Of a DNA stretch of 54,954 nt, positions 9,070 through 19,385 are shown one piece after another (position 1 is the first letter of the stretch; each line of letters starts with the position of its first letter). Origin of the DNA: Caecitellus pseudoparvulus (taxonomy: Eukaryota; Protista; Bigyra: Bicosoecida); contig CBFFRQ010000171.1 in assembly GCA_965644315.1 (NCBI GenBank), positions 1 through 54,954 of the forward strand, given 5' to 3'. The position numbers and the translations under genes are program-made. The notes below the pieces were generated by a model. That model did no database searches. It was not told the origin of the DNA and saw only the letters and a program-made list of their open reading frames with translations.

Positions 9070-10099
9070 CTTGCGCACTTCACGGCTTGTTACGGCGCCA
9101 CCCTCCGTGTCGTCGCACGTGGAACGAGGAGGACGAGATGAAACGCGCGGGAACGCCGCTCTTCCTCCACGCCCACCGCACGTACGTGGAGGCCATCCCC
9201 CGGTCGCGTAGGGAGTCACTACCCTCGGTGGTTGACTCCTTTCCGCTATGGCGGCGGGAGATGTGGCAGCACACGCTGGGCCCGTGGCCGCATGTGACTA
9301 TACAGGCGGCCATGGGCGTGGTGTGGTCCATGCGACCTGCATCCCAGGCCATGGATTTCGTAGACGTCGTAGGAGGTCACGCTGCCCCTGGTGCTGCAAC
9401 GGGTGTTCTCGGTTCCGCGGAGGTGCCGCGGAACAGCCCTGAAGGCGCCGCGGGGCAGCCGTGCGGAACTTGGGCTGAGGGCGGCCCAGTACGCACCAGA
9501 CCCATCTCGGTGTCGCTGGCGACGTGGAACACGTGGAAGTCCCACAGCATGTACCCGGAGCTGGTGCTGTCCGCAGTTGAGTCAGTGACCCCGGATACGG
9601 CCGCCCTGGTCCTGGTGGTGACGGAGCCGGGCGGGGTGGGCATGCCGTCACTGGCCCAGCACGGCATGAGGTCGTACCGCCCACCAGTCCAACAGGACGG
9701 CGGTCGCAGCGAGGTGGCCATGATCGTGGACGATCGGCTCCGACCCAGGTTCCTACCGGAGCAGGAGAGTCAGGTGGACGGGCGCTGCCTTGTGGTGGCG
9801 GAGGTGGACGCGGTGTCACCTCCGCTGCTGGTGGTAGGCGTGTACATGCCGGTACTGCGGCCGCACAGCATCACGCGGAAGCACGCGAGAGTTAGCCCGC
9901 CTGAACAAGGTGAGGACCACCGTCCCGGTGTTCCACCTTCAACTGGAACACGGGACATGGACGTGGAACAGGTGGACACGGGCGCCCTGCCAGACCGGGC
10001 CGAAGTCTGGGCTGGCCTCGAGCTCTTGGCGAGCCGCTACGGCCCCACCCACCAGCTGGCGTTCCTTGGCGACTTCAACTGCCATCCCGGAACAGGGGG
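8969..10099 (+). CDS. Unit C polyprotein part 2: end of protease-like domain and N-terminal two thirds of APE endonuclease
   Basis: Frame of ORF 8889-10238: SLATWNT, LVVTEP, GRSEVAMIV, VVGVYMP, LAFLGDFNCH are the canonical ordered EEP/APE motifs. Confidence 0.88.
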
Positions 10100-13000
10100 A
10101 TGCAGTTCTGGGAGCGGATGGGGTGGTCCTGTCCTGGAACACCGAAGAAGCCGGCATCCGACGTCGGATCCTTCGACAGATGGACCCACCAGCACGGTCT
10201 CTTGCCGAGTCCGGGGTCAGGAAACGCGACCCACATGAAGTACGGACGGTGCCTGGACCACATATGCCTGTCCAGGCCCGTGTACGAACGCGCGGAACAC
10301 GGAAGAGTGGTGACCACCTTCAGCACGGGCGACGCCAGGTCCCCACAGGACCTGCTCCTCTCGGACCACGCTTTGGTGCATTGTACGGTCACGCTGCATG
10401 GTGCCACAGCCCCCCCAGGCCGAACACGGAACACTCGCAGGCCGGTGGCCCCATTCGAAGACCCCGGTGTGTTCCAAACCTCCACCCGGGTCACCCAGTA
10501 CGCCAGACATGCTGGCGATAGGCTGGCCCAGAGTGCCAAGAACACCCAGGGGCCGCGGGCCGGAACACCGCACATACCACCCTCCTTGGGTCACATCGGC
10601 CGAGTCCTGCACAAAGCGGCATGCGCTGTCTTCGCCAGGGGCAGGAGTTCCAGGGCCGACCATGGCCTGCGGCCGGCCCGCCGCAAACGCAACCAAAAAG
10701 TTGCAGAGGTCCGGAGACTCCGGCGCAAGTTGAGACGACTCCGAACACACCATCTGGAAGAACACCCTTCAGGTGACTCGGTTGCAAGGCGGCGTGCCCT
10801 GGCGATCTCTAGTTTAGAAGTTAGTCTCCGAGAATCGACCCTGCGCTGCAGGGCGGCTCACAACGAGGTGGCTCGCGCGAAGGCCGATTTTAAGAAGGAG
10901 ACCGCCTCCAGGCTAAGGAAGCATATCAACATGCTCGCCAAGGAGCACCCTTTCACGGCGCATCAACTCATCTGCCGTGCGCTGGGCCGAAGAGCCGGAG
11001 GCCTGGCGCCAACTGGCCTCGCGCTGCAGGCCGGCCAGGCGGTGACCGAGCCGGCCCAGGTGGTGAAAATCTTGCATTCTCAGATGAGATCTGTGATAGC
11101 ACAGCCACCCAGTACCGACTTGGACGGACTCAGTGCAGCCCACTTTGAGGGTCTGCTGCCTCCAATTTCCGCAGGGAGTGACTCGGGAGCCCTTGGAGAG
11201 CCGAAAATCTTCAACTTTGAGGCGGTCCTCAGAGCGACCAAGTCACTGCGGAAACACCGCAGCAGTGGTCTGTCGGAACTCAAGGCCGAACACTGGGCCT
11301 ACGCAGGCCCGGATGTTCTGAGATGCCTCGCAGAGACGCTACAGCACCTAGTGAAGGGAGACGGTCTCCTGCCACGGGAGCTGCACCACGGCAAGGGAGT
11401 ACTGCTCGCAAAGAAGGGTCAGACCCCCGGGGTCGCGTCGACCTACCGGCTGATCGTGTGCCGGAGCCCGCTGAGCAAGCTGGTGAACAGTGTTCTTGCA
11501 TTCAGGCTGGAACAAGCCGTCCAAGGCCTCATCACTCCGCAGCAAGCAGGGTTCTCCAGAGGCCGCGGGTGCCACGAGCACGTTTTTGCGATGCTCGAAG
11601 GACCACGAACAGCACTGAGAACAGCGACCGCGACGTGTTCCCGGGACATAAGACCCAAGAACAGCCCTCCACAGGCCGTTTTCGCCGTGTTCATCGACTT
11701 TCGAAAGGCTTTCGACTCCGTTGATCACAGGGCGTTGCGCGTGCTGCTAGACCACCTGCCGCTGGACCGCACCACCAGGCGACTCCTCGTGGATTTCATC
11801 GAGAACGCCAGCGTCTGCATCGACACGGAACACGGCATGACCGAGGCCATTCACGCGACCAGTGGCGTAGCGCAAGGAAGCGTCCTCTCGCCCCTCCTAT
11901 TCAAGATCGCGGTCGACCTGGTGTCCCGTGCGCTCTCCTTGAACCACATTCCGGGGGAGGGAACGGGGGAAAAACCGACACTGGGGGTCAAGCTACTGCA
12001 TTCAAAGGGGGACCCAGTCCACACTGGACCCCGATTCAGCCACGCGCTGTACGCAGACGACCTGGGACTCGTCGTAGACAGCGCGGACGCCGTGATCCGT
12101 GCGATCACCATCGTCAGGCGGGTCGGGGCGCTGCTGGGGCTCAGAGTCAACGCCTCCAAGTCGGCCATCATGATCATGCGACCAACACCACGACTTGCGT
12201 ATCGCATGAGCCGACTCCATGTGCAGATAGTCAGCGCCAAGAAACGCCTTGCTGCGGAGTCACAGGCGCTAACCGTCGACGGAAAGCGGATCCCTCTCAC
12301 GGACGAGTACGAGTACTTAGGAACACCGCTACAAGCCAAGCTGTTCATACAACATAAAACAGCTCGTCGACATGCCGCAACCACCTTGAGCATGGCTGGG
12401 CATTCTTCTGTGGCGATTTCTGCGGCCGAATGGCTCGCCCCATCGGCAGCGCACCGCCTTTTGAGGACCTCAGTGGTCGCTGCAGCGGACTACACGCTGG
12501 CCATCACCGGCAAGCACTCGCTCATGCCCGACCGCATGTGCGACAATGCCGTTGGCAGTGTTCTGGACAAATCCGTGTTCGGTTTTCAGCTCCATCCGAT
12601 GCGCGTCCAACACGGCGCGGTCCTTGCAGCGGCTGGTATTCCTCTGACGCACATGCGCACGATGCGAAGTCGCATTGGTTTCATAGTCCGGACACTTAAG
12701 CAGGCTGTGGTGGATTCGCCTGCTTTCAGAATCCTGATGGTGAGCGTGTGGCAGGGCCGAACGATGGTCGCGGACGTCCCGGACGAGAGGGTCCCTTCGG
12801 CCCTACTTTTGGAAGACGTAGCGGCCTCAAAGCACACCTTTTACGGTACAGGCACTCCGTGGGCGGTCAGACCCCTACTTGAGTTGCGCCTGTTGGGGTA
12901 CCACGAGGGTGTGTTCGGCGTTCTGGCCATGGCCGCGAGGTGGCACGATTTGAGCGGAAATCGGGACACCACGGCCCTACACGAAGAGATGCGATCTCTT

Positions 13001-14260
13001 CAAAAGGCCTTAAAGCTGCCCAAGAACACGGCCCAAAACGGCCCGAAGTTGTTCGTCGCAACAAGTGTTCCTGTGGCCTCTGCGAGGTTCGACAGGTCGG
13101 TTGACTTCCCGGCCACTTTCACGTTGAGGCAGCGTTTGGACCTCCTGGAGTCGTACTTGTTCATTGCACGAACGCAAAGAACAGACACGTATCGGGAGAC
13201 CATGTTCCTACCTGCTGAGTACCCGGGCCACTCGCCTCGGGGAGAAATAGGCGACAAAAGAGTGAATCCGACGCTCTCGCCGAGGCCTCACCATTTGGAC
13301 GTCCGAGCGCGAACACACGCGGAACTGCATCCTATTCCGAGTGTTCCCTGTAGTGCTTGGACTGCCTGTCACCCTGACAGAAGCCCGTTGCCGAAGGTGT
13401 TCATGCTGCAGACACAGCAGCTCCTGCATCCGGGTGCACTCCTGACACCGTATATCGCATGTCCCCTCTGTCTGGACCCCGAAATACGCGATGCGGAGTT
13501 CATTTTAGACCACATTCTGCTGGACTGCCCTTCAGTGTCTCCAGAACGTCTGGCGTTCTTCCGAGAGGCAGCGCAGAACATGCAGGACTGTGACGAAGCG
13601 GCGAAGTCAACCGCTGTGCCGAGGCGGCCGACGGCCGAGGCCCTTCGGCACCCACCTCTGAGATACGTCACCATTCCAGAAAGCCTGCACACAGCGGTGC
13701 AGGCTGGCTGTCAACTGGACACTGGAACACGTATCGCATGCCAGAACACCCGGGCGTTGCTGAAGCGGCTCGCCCTGTGTGGTCAGTGGCCCACGGGAGC
13801 ACCCGAGTGTGCGGACTGGGATCACGCAACTTGTGCTGCCCTCACGGCGCCACACATGGAACGGTTGCGTGTTCCAGTCCGAAACTCGACCCATCTACTG
13901 GACCAAGCCCCAGTGAAAGCCGCTGAAGCATTGGAGGCATTTGCTGGGCCCTTGCGGCAAAAGTTACTCCCGAATTCTGGGGGTGCCGCTGACGGCAAAA
14001 GTTTCTACTGGCCCCACGAGGTGGTCGCCGCACCTCCCGGATGGGTGCAAGTCCTGAAAACGTGCATCCGGTACTGTGGGGCCGTGTTTGATCACGTGGT
14101 AGAAGCTCAACTTCGGGGCGCAGGTGTGGAACGCGGGCAGCCCGCCGCGGACCTCGCGCGGCGAGCCCGCTACACGGCCGCCACGCCTGCTGCCTGGACC
14201 ATGCCAAGCCACCTCGCTCCCGGGCGAGATGGCGCAGCAGAGGAGCAAGAAAGTGAGTGA
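10100..14260 (+). CDS. Unit C polyprotein part 3: APE C-terminus, reverse transcriptase, CCHC zinc finger
   Basis: APE end TH..GRCLDHIC..SDHALV; RT motifs YRLI, QQAGFSRGR, FIDFRKAFDSVDH, GVAQGSVLSPLLF, LYADD (12050), GLRVNASKS, YEYLG; CPLC-x13-HILLDC at ~13460-13530. Confidence 0.95.
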   Translation: MQFWERMGWSCPGTPKKPASDVGSFDRWTHQHGLLPSPGSGNATHMKYGRCLDHICLSRPVYERAEHGRVVTTFSTGDARSPQDLLLSDHALVHCTVTLHGATAPPGRTRNTRRPVAPFEDPGVFQTSTRVTQYARHAGDRLAQSAKNTQGPRAGTPHIPPSLGHIGRVLHKAACAVFARGRSSRADHGLRPARRKRNQKVAEVRRLRRKLRRLRTHHLEEHPSGDSVARRRALAISSLEVSLRESTLRCRAAHNEVARAKADFKKETASRLRKHINMLAKEHPFTAHQLICRALGRRAGGLAPTGLALQAGQAVTEPAQVVKILHSQMRSVIAQPPSTDLDGLSAAHFEGLLPPISAGSDSGALGEPKIFNFEAVLRATKSLRKHRSSGLSELKAEHWAYAGPDVLRCLAETLQHLVKGDGLLPRELHHGKGVLLAKKGQTPGVASTYRLIVCRSPLSKLVNSVLAFRLEQAVQGLITPQQAGFSRGRGCHEHVFAMLEGPRTALRTATATCSRDIRPKNSPPQAVFAVFIDFRKAFDSVDHRALRVLLDHLPLDRTTRRLLVDFIENASVCIDTEHGMTEAIHATSGVAQGSVLSPLLFKIAVDLVSRALSLNHIPGEGTGEKPTLGVKLLHSKGDPVHTGPRFSHALYADDLGLVVDSADAVIRAITIVRRVGALLGLRVNASKSAIMIMRPTPRLAYRMSRLHVQIVSAKKRLAAESQALTVDGKRIPLTDEYEYLGTPLQAKLFIQHKTARRHAATTLSMAGHSSVAISAAEWLAPSAAHRLLRTSVVAAADYTLAITGKHSLMPDRMCDNAVGSVLDKSVFGFQLHPMRVQHGAVLAAAGIPLTHMRTMRSRIGFIVRTLKQAVVDSPAFRILMVSVWQGRTMVADVPDERVPSALLLEDVAASKHTFYGTGTPWAVRPLLELRLLGYHEGVFGVLAMAARWHDLSGNRDTTALHEEMRSLQKALKLPKNTAQNGPKLFVATSVPVASARFDRSVDFPATFTLRQRLDLLESYLFIARTQRTDTYRETMFLPAEYPGHSPRGEIGDKRVNPTLSPRPHHLDVRARTHAELHPIPSVPCSAWTACHPDRSPLPKVFMLQTQQLLHPGALLTPYIACPLCLDPEIRDAEFILDHILLDCPSVSPERLAFFREAAQNMQDCDEAAKSTAVPRRPTAEALRHPPLRYVTIPESLHTAVQAGCQLDTGTRIACQNTRALLKRLALCGQWPTGAPECADWDHATCAALTAPHMERLRVPVRNSTHLLDQAPVKAAEALEAFAGPLRQKLLPNSGGAADGKSFYWPHEVVAAPPGWVQVLKTCIRYCGAVFDHVVEAQLRGAGVERGQPAADLARRARYTAATPAAWTMPSHLAPGRDGAAEEQESE

Positions 14261-15364
14261 TAAAAGCTTGCTTTGGGTTGATAGTGCATTCTAAGATGTT
14301 ATTCCGAAATTCCCAGTGTCGTAACGCGCGGCGGGGCCGTTTTGGGTCGCGGGGTGGCGCGGTGTGCGCGGGGTCGCCGCGGCGCCCCCAACACACCAAG
14401 GCCGAAACCCGCACCCAACTCGCCCAACAGGCGCCGAACGCCTGAACAACGACGACTAACATTGAACTACCATGTTCTGAAAAGAACAAGCTTACTTCAC
14501 ATGGTGACTCACCATGCTTTGTGCAAGATATGTGTACGGAGCAAGCGAGCGCTGTGGCCCGCTTCTTTCGAGGAGCAAGTGTGAGGTGAGTGTGGTGAAA
14601 AAAAAACAAGAGGCGACAATGCATTGAACTTCCTAACCTTTGATTTGCTAACCTTTACCTTGAAGGAACTGTCGGACCAGTGCATGTGTGTCCGCTTGCG
14701 AGCCTTCAACTGCGGTTCTTTTGCCACTCGTCGGCGCATCTGCCTGAACGCGTGCATTCCGGCGGCGCTTGCGGCCAGACATGGCAGCAAATCATTCCAA
14801 GAGTATGCTCAAAACTTGCTGTGAATAGTTTAAAAGTAGAGTTTGATATCCATATCTGCACTGCTCGCCATGGTACACAAACCACTGCCAGCAAGTGGCA
14901 AATTCCGCATGCTAATAGGCTCGATAAACAACGCTCTGTTGCACACGACAGAGCGACCGTTCAAGTTTAACATCCTCTGTTAGTGTCAAGGTGACAAAAC
15001 ATGCTGCCTGCAGCACTTTTCCGTGAACTTCAAAAAATGCATTCGGCCTCCGCTGGCCTCAATGAGACACGGCCCAGCCGCCACGCCTACCCTTCATTGG
15101 CAGAGCGGGGCTGGAAGTCGCCTCGGCCGCCCCCGCATTGACACTACCTGGGTGTTGGCGGGCCCGGCCAAGATTATGGGCGGGGTTGTCGTCTTAGCAA
15201 GCTATCATGACAACCAAAAGAATGCAAATACGATCAAACACACAGGTCTGCAACTTGCAGAGTATTCCTGTACACTGGATCCTATTTGTACTCTTTTGTC
15301 GGAGAGAACTGAAACTATATTGCCTGTATCCATTCTCTGTTCATCGAAGTGTCTGGGCTGCTGC

Positions 15365-18300
15365 TCACGAATGTCGGGGATTGGCGGCGCTGCTCCTTCG
15401 TTGAGCGGATGAGGTGCACCGGCGGGTGGAGCTTGTGAGAGAAATCCGACCTCGGCTGTCATAGGACCGCCTCGCCGCCAAGGAGCCTCGCCGGGTGCGC
15501 TGCTGCTCCGTCATGTCTGCAATGTCTTCCATGTGCCCCATGTTCAGACGGCGTGTGCGCTGCAGAGGGTTCTCAACCTCTCCGCCGCCTCTGCCAAGCT
15601 CTGCCCTTTCGCTAAAGCTTGCACGCGAACAGGCATCACGGTGGGTCGAAGATGTGCCTGGTGCACCAGGCATTGAATGGCTGAGGTCTGCAAGGCCAGC
15701 TTGGGAGCTGCGCCCCGCTGCAGGAATCGGCAGGGCTGCTAGCTGGCCTGGTGTACTCTCACGGCCGGCTGGAAGGTCGAGCGTCTGATTTGCTTGCCCT
15801 GCTTGTGGTTGCGAGGCGACCTGTACCTCGGCGCCAGCTGCTTCATCACTGCGTGCAGAGGTGGGCTTCAGTTTGCCTGCAGGTAGTAGGTTGGTCGCGT
15901 TGCCTGCACTTGCCTCCGTGATGGACAGCAATGATGACTTCAGCAAGTCCAACAATGATGTTGGCTGGGCTGGGCGTGTACCTGACAGCGCCCTTGGCGT
16001 GTCTGTTGTGATGCCGCTCGTTGGCACTGCGTTGGGAGAGAATGCCACAGAGACGAGGGCGGCTCCCCTTGGACCCAAAGCCTGCAGCACGGCATCAGCA
16101 TCGCTACGTGGACTACCAGTCACCCCTTGTTGCATCATGCCACCAGGGAACGACAGCACAGTGCTCAGGCTGGTGGCCGTACTGGGGGCGGCTGGCTGGA
16201 TGCGACGACCCCTCGTCAGTCGCTGCGCCAGGGCTGATACAATGTCCACGAGCGTCGGCACTCGACTGTCCACGATCTGCCCCACGGTGCTGTCCCCTGC
16301 ACTGTCCGCACTGCCCAGCTCAGGCAACAGAGCTCGGATGCGGGCTCCGACACGAGCCAGCACTGCCCGTGCCGCTGAGCTGTACCCACGCACCACCACC
16401 AGCAGAATGGCCAGCAGAATGACACCTTGTGAAATATACAGCAGAGCATCCGTGAGTCCTCGCACACTTGCAGGTGGGCGGAGGCTGTTCACGCCCACCA
16501 AGATCACCTGCAGCAGATTGCCGCCATGGGCCATGACGTCCAGGTCTGTCAGCTCCTCCAGACACCAGGGCCGCCGCCACCGCACGAGAAGCAGGCTTCC
16601 CAGTACTACACCGCCCACCATGCACAGGCGCAAAGTGGTGTAGCCACGCGAAGCTACAGCATGCCGACTGGGCTAGCTCAGCCTCAGCGACAGCGGCCTC
16701 TGCAATGGCACTGTGCTTGTGGCCACCTGCGTGAGCCACAGTATACCGAGCTTGCACTGGTGTCATCTGGATGCGGTAGCCGTTGGACAGGAAGCCACGC
16801 ACCGTGGCGCCTCGCAATGCAGCTGTGCTCGCTCCTCGCCACTGCCGCCAAGCCATGAAGGCGACGAAACCCACACTGGCTGCCAGAATGTGCAGCACGA
16901 GGGGGAAGATGAAGGGAGCTGCGGCTTTCACGGTGCCAGCTGGCACATTGGCATCGGCCATTGCTTCATGCTGAGGTCGCAGTCCCACCAGCTCGGCGTG
17001 CAGCTGCAGCAGAGCAGGCAGCAGGCGGACGTATGCAGCCGCTGGGAGCAACAGCAACACACTGCACCACACACCACGCGCTGTCCCAGCTGCAGGCTTT
17101 GCAAGTCCCAGCGTCGTTGCCAATGCCAGGAGCAGGAAAGCGCCCAGCGCCACCATGAACAGGTTGCCGGCGTTGTGTGGGCTGGATGGGTCGCCGCCAC
17201 CTGCAGCACAGGCCACAGATGGCAGACTGGCAAAGTTGCTGGATCCAGTGATGGCAGACAGCACTGCCATGGCACCTGTGCCAGCTGAGTCAGTGCCAGC
17301 ATCGCGAGTATACAGCGTGCCGTTGAGTTTTGCGGTCGGATGGCCTGCCCACGGCCTGGCCAGCTCGCATGCGCCTGCCCACTGGTGCAGGGAGTGTGCT
17401 GACGCCTGGAGAGAGTCTGGGCCTGAGGGAGCGAGGATTGCGATCTGCGGAGATATGCCGATGAACCACAGCATGATCCGCAGTCCGCCCAAGAACAGGC
17501 AGGTGGTGAGTTTCTCAACAGACTTGGCGTACTGTTGGAGAGCAAAAACTGCCAAGGCCATCGCCATGATGACCTGCAACATAGCAGAGCCAATGGCTGC
17601 ACATGCTGGCGATAATCTAGTGTCAGGATGCTGCTCACAAACTGAACAAGGGGGCGTGGCAGCCCAGGGCCTCCCTGATTTTCCCCCGGACGTGATCGTC
17701 CCTCCAAGCGAGGCTGCCTTGGCTGGCCCTGTGGGTGTTGCTGGGCTTGTTAATGGCGTGCTCTGCGCATTTCATGCCCCTAGGACTGCCTGGGGCAGCT
17801 ATCATGACCATCCGCACAGTGCTGGGACGAGCAAGACTACCACCCCAGCATGGAGAGGAGACGGTGACGGCGTTCTCACGCAATGCGTCTGAGTTGGTCG
17901 TCGCGTCGGCACTGCTGGATGGGAAAGGTTCAGTGGACGCCGCAAAGGAAAGGGAAGCGACTGACAAACGAGGTTGGACGTTCTACAGGTTCATCGAGCT
18001 CTCTGAGGCCACGGATTACAAGCAGAAACCCTGGCAGGCACTGCACACACCGTCACAAAGGAAAACTGGGCCGTGCAGGTTGCCGCAAACACAGCCCTGG
18101 CCGGCTCTGCACACACCTTGCAGGCCAATGGCAGTCTGTGGGAGTGACTTTTCTTCTCGGCGATGTATCCAGCCCACCACACTGCCAGGCCATGCCAGCG
18201 GGACGAACCAGTCTCGCTTCATCGCTTCCACATCCTGGGCTAGGTGAAGCGATACCCACAGCAACACGGCCCAGCCGCACCACATACAGCTATAACCAGG

Positions 18301-18465
18301 ATGGACGTCGAAAACACCCAGCCACGCGCTCCCCGAGCAGGCGTGCACCGAAAGTTTCACCAGCTCCACCTCGAGGTTGGCCGCCACCGCCTCAGCTGCA
18401 AAAGCTAGAGCCGCATGGGTCAAAGGCCCGGCCGGCCACATGCAACGTGCAGCGCAACAGTACAT
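15365..18465 (-). CDS. Hypothetical multi-pass membrane protein, spread over several frames (introns or decay); boundaries uncertain
   Basis: ORFs 16320-17582 and 15365-16633 contain several hydrophobic segments followed by a low-complexity tail; 18016-18465 is Cys-rich. No clean exon structure could be assembled by eye. Confidence 0.4.
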
Positions 18466-19385
18466 AGGTGCAGAAGGGTGGACTTTCTAATATGCCTCTC
18501 TTCAGCAAGGGGGCAACCAGCTGCAGCGCTGGGCGCTGGAGCGGGGCTGGCCTTGTGCTGGGTGGTGTGAAGGGAGTTTCATCCTGAACGGCGGACAATC
18601 ACAAGCCGCTTGTGAAAAGGCCTGGAGCACGGTGGAGGCAGTACACATGCGACGAATACGCTTCACATGTCTACGTCCACCTCGCCCCCCAGCACCGGGG
18701 AACTTCACCCTGCCATGAAGTGGCGGCCAGAATGCTCAGCTGCATGGCAGAGGTTGGAGTTGGCGATGCGAAACGCGAGGCCACTCCAACACAGGGCGCT
18801 TCTGGCCGGACACGTGATTTTAATCAGACCTCCGATGTGAAACAAGTGCAAGCGGGCCAACTGGGTACACCAGGAAGGTCATTTTAGCAAAACTCTGTGT
18901 TCGTCAAGAGGAGTCCTGTAAATAAGAAGTGCTACTGGACTCTTTCATACAACTTTAATCACTGAACTCGTCAGGCTCGCTGCGTGTATCGCAGCTTAGC
19001 ATTTACTGCGCCCCGCAGGCGTGGTTGGCCTTGCAAGTTTGGGTCACGTTCGCCCAATCCACACCACACCCCCATGCACATGCACAGCGCCTGTTGCGGG
19101 CAGACGGTGATCACCTCTTTGCCGCACCAGTCACTGTCGCCTCTTGCCGAGCAAGCTGTGTCGAAAGCGTGATACAGGCACAATGTAATCGCGGTCACAC
19201 CACACTTTATCCGAAAATCACCAGGATTCATCACAGTGCGCCATCCAGTGAATCCACCCCGCTCACAGCTGCCGATTCAAGCAACTTCGGTGCGGATTTT
19301 GTCCTTGCTCACTTTCCCAATCTTCGCACGGCGTTTCCGAACCCTTCAGAGTGCAACCACCCGCTTCCATGCTCATAAATATAGA

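Larger units (their letters stand above)
4480..14660 (+). mobile_element. Unit C: telomere-associated APE-type non-LTR retrotransposon, probably 5'-truncated
   Basis: APE, RT and C-terminal CCHC motifs in LINE order; open frame begins directly at a telomeric tract; 3' UTR ends in AATGCATTG..CCTAACC..TGATTTGCTAACCTTTACCT (14618-14660). Right boundary approximate. Confidence 0.9.

Noticed and set aside
10100-14260. Telomerase (TERT) or Penelope-like RT
   Set aside because: Has APE endonuclease, LINE-type RT motifs and a C-terminal CCHC; no TERT T/CP motifs or GIY-YIG seen.
13530-14260. Dualen-like restriction-like endonuclease or RNase H after the CCHC
   Set aside because: No RH..PD..(D/E)xK pattern or RNase H acidic motifs recognisable by eye.
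14598-14606. A9 as the retrotransposon poly(A) tail
   Set aside because: The terminal motif shared with units A and B lies downstream of it.
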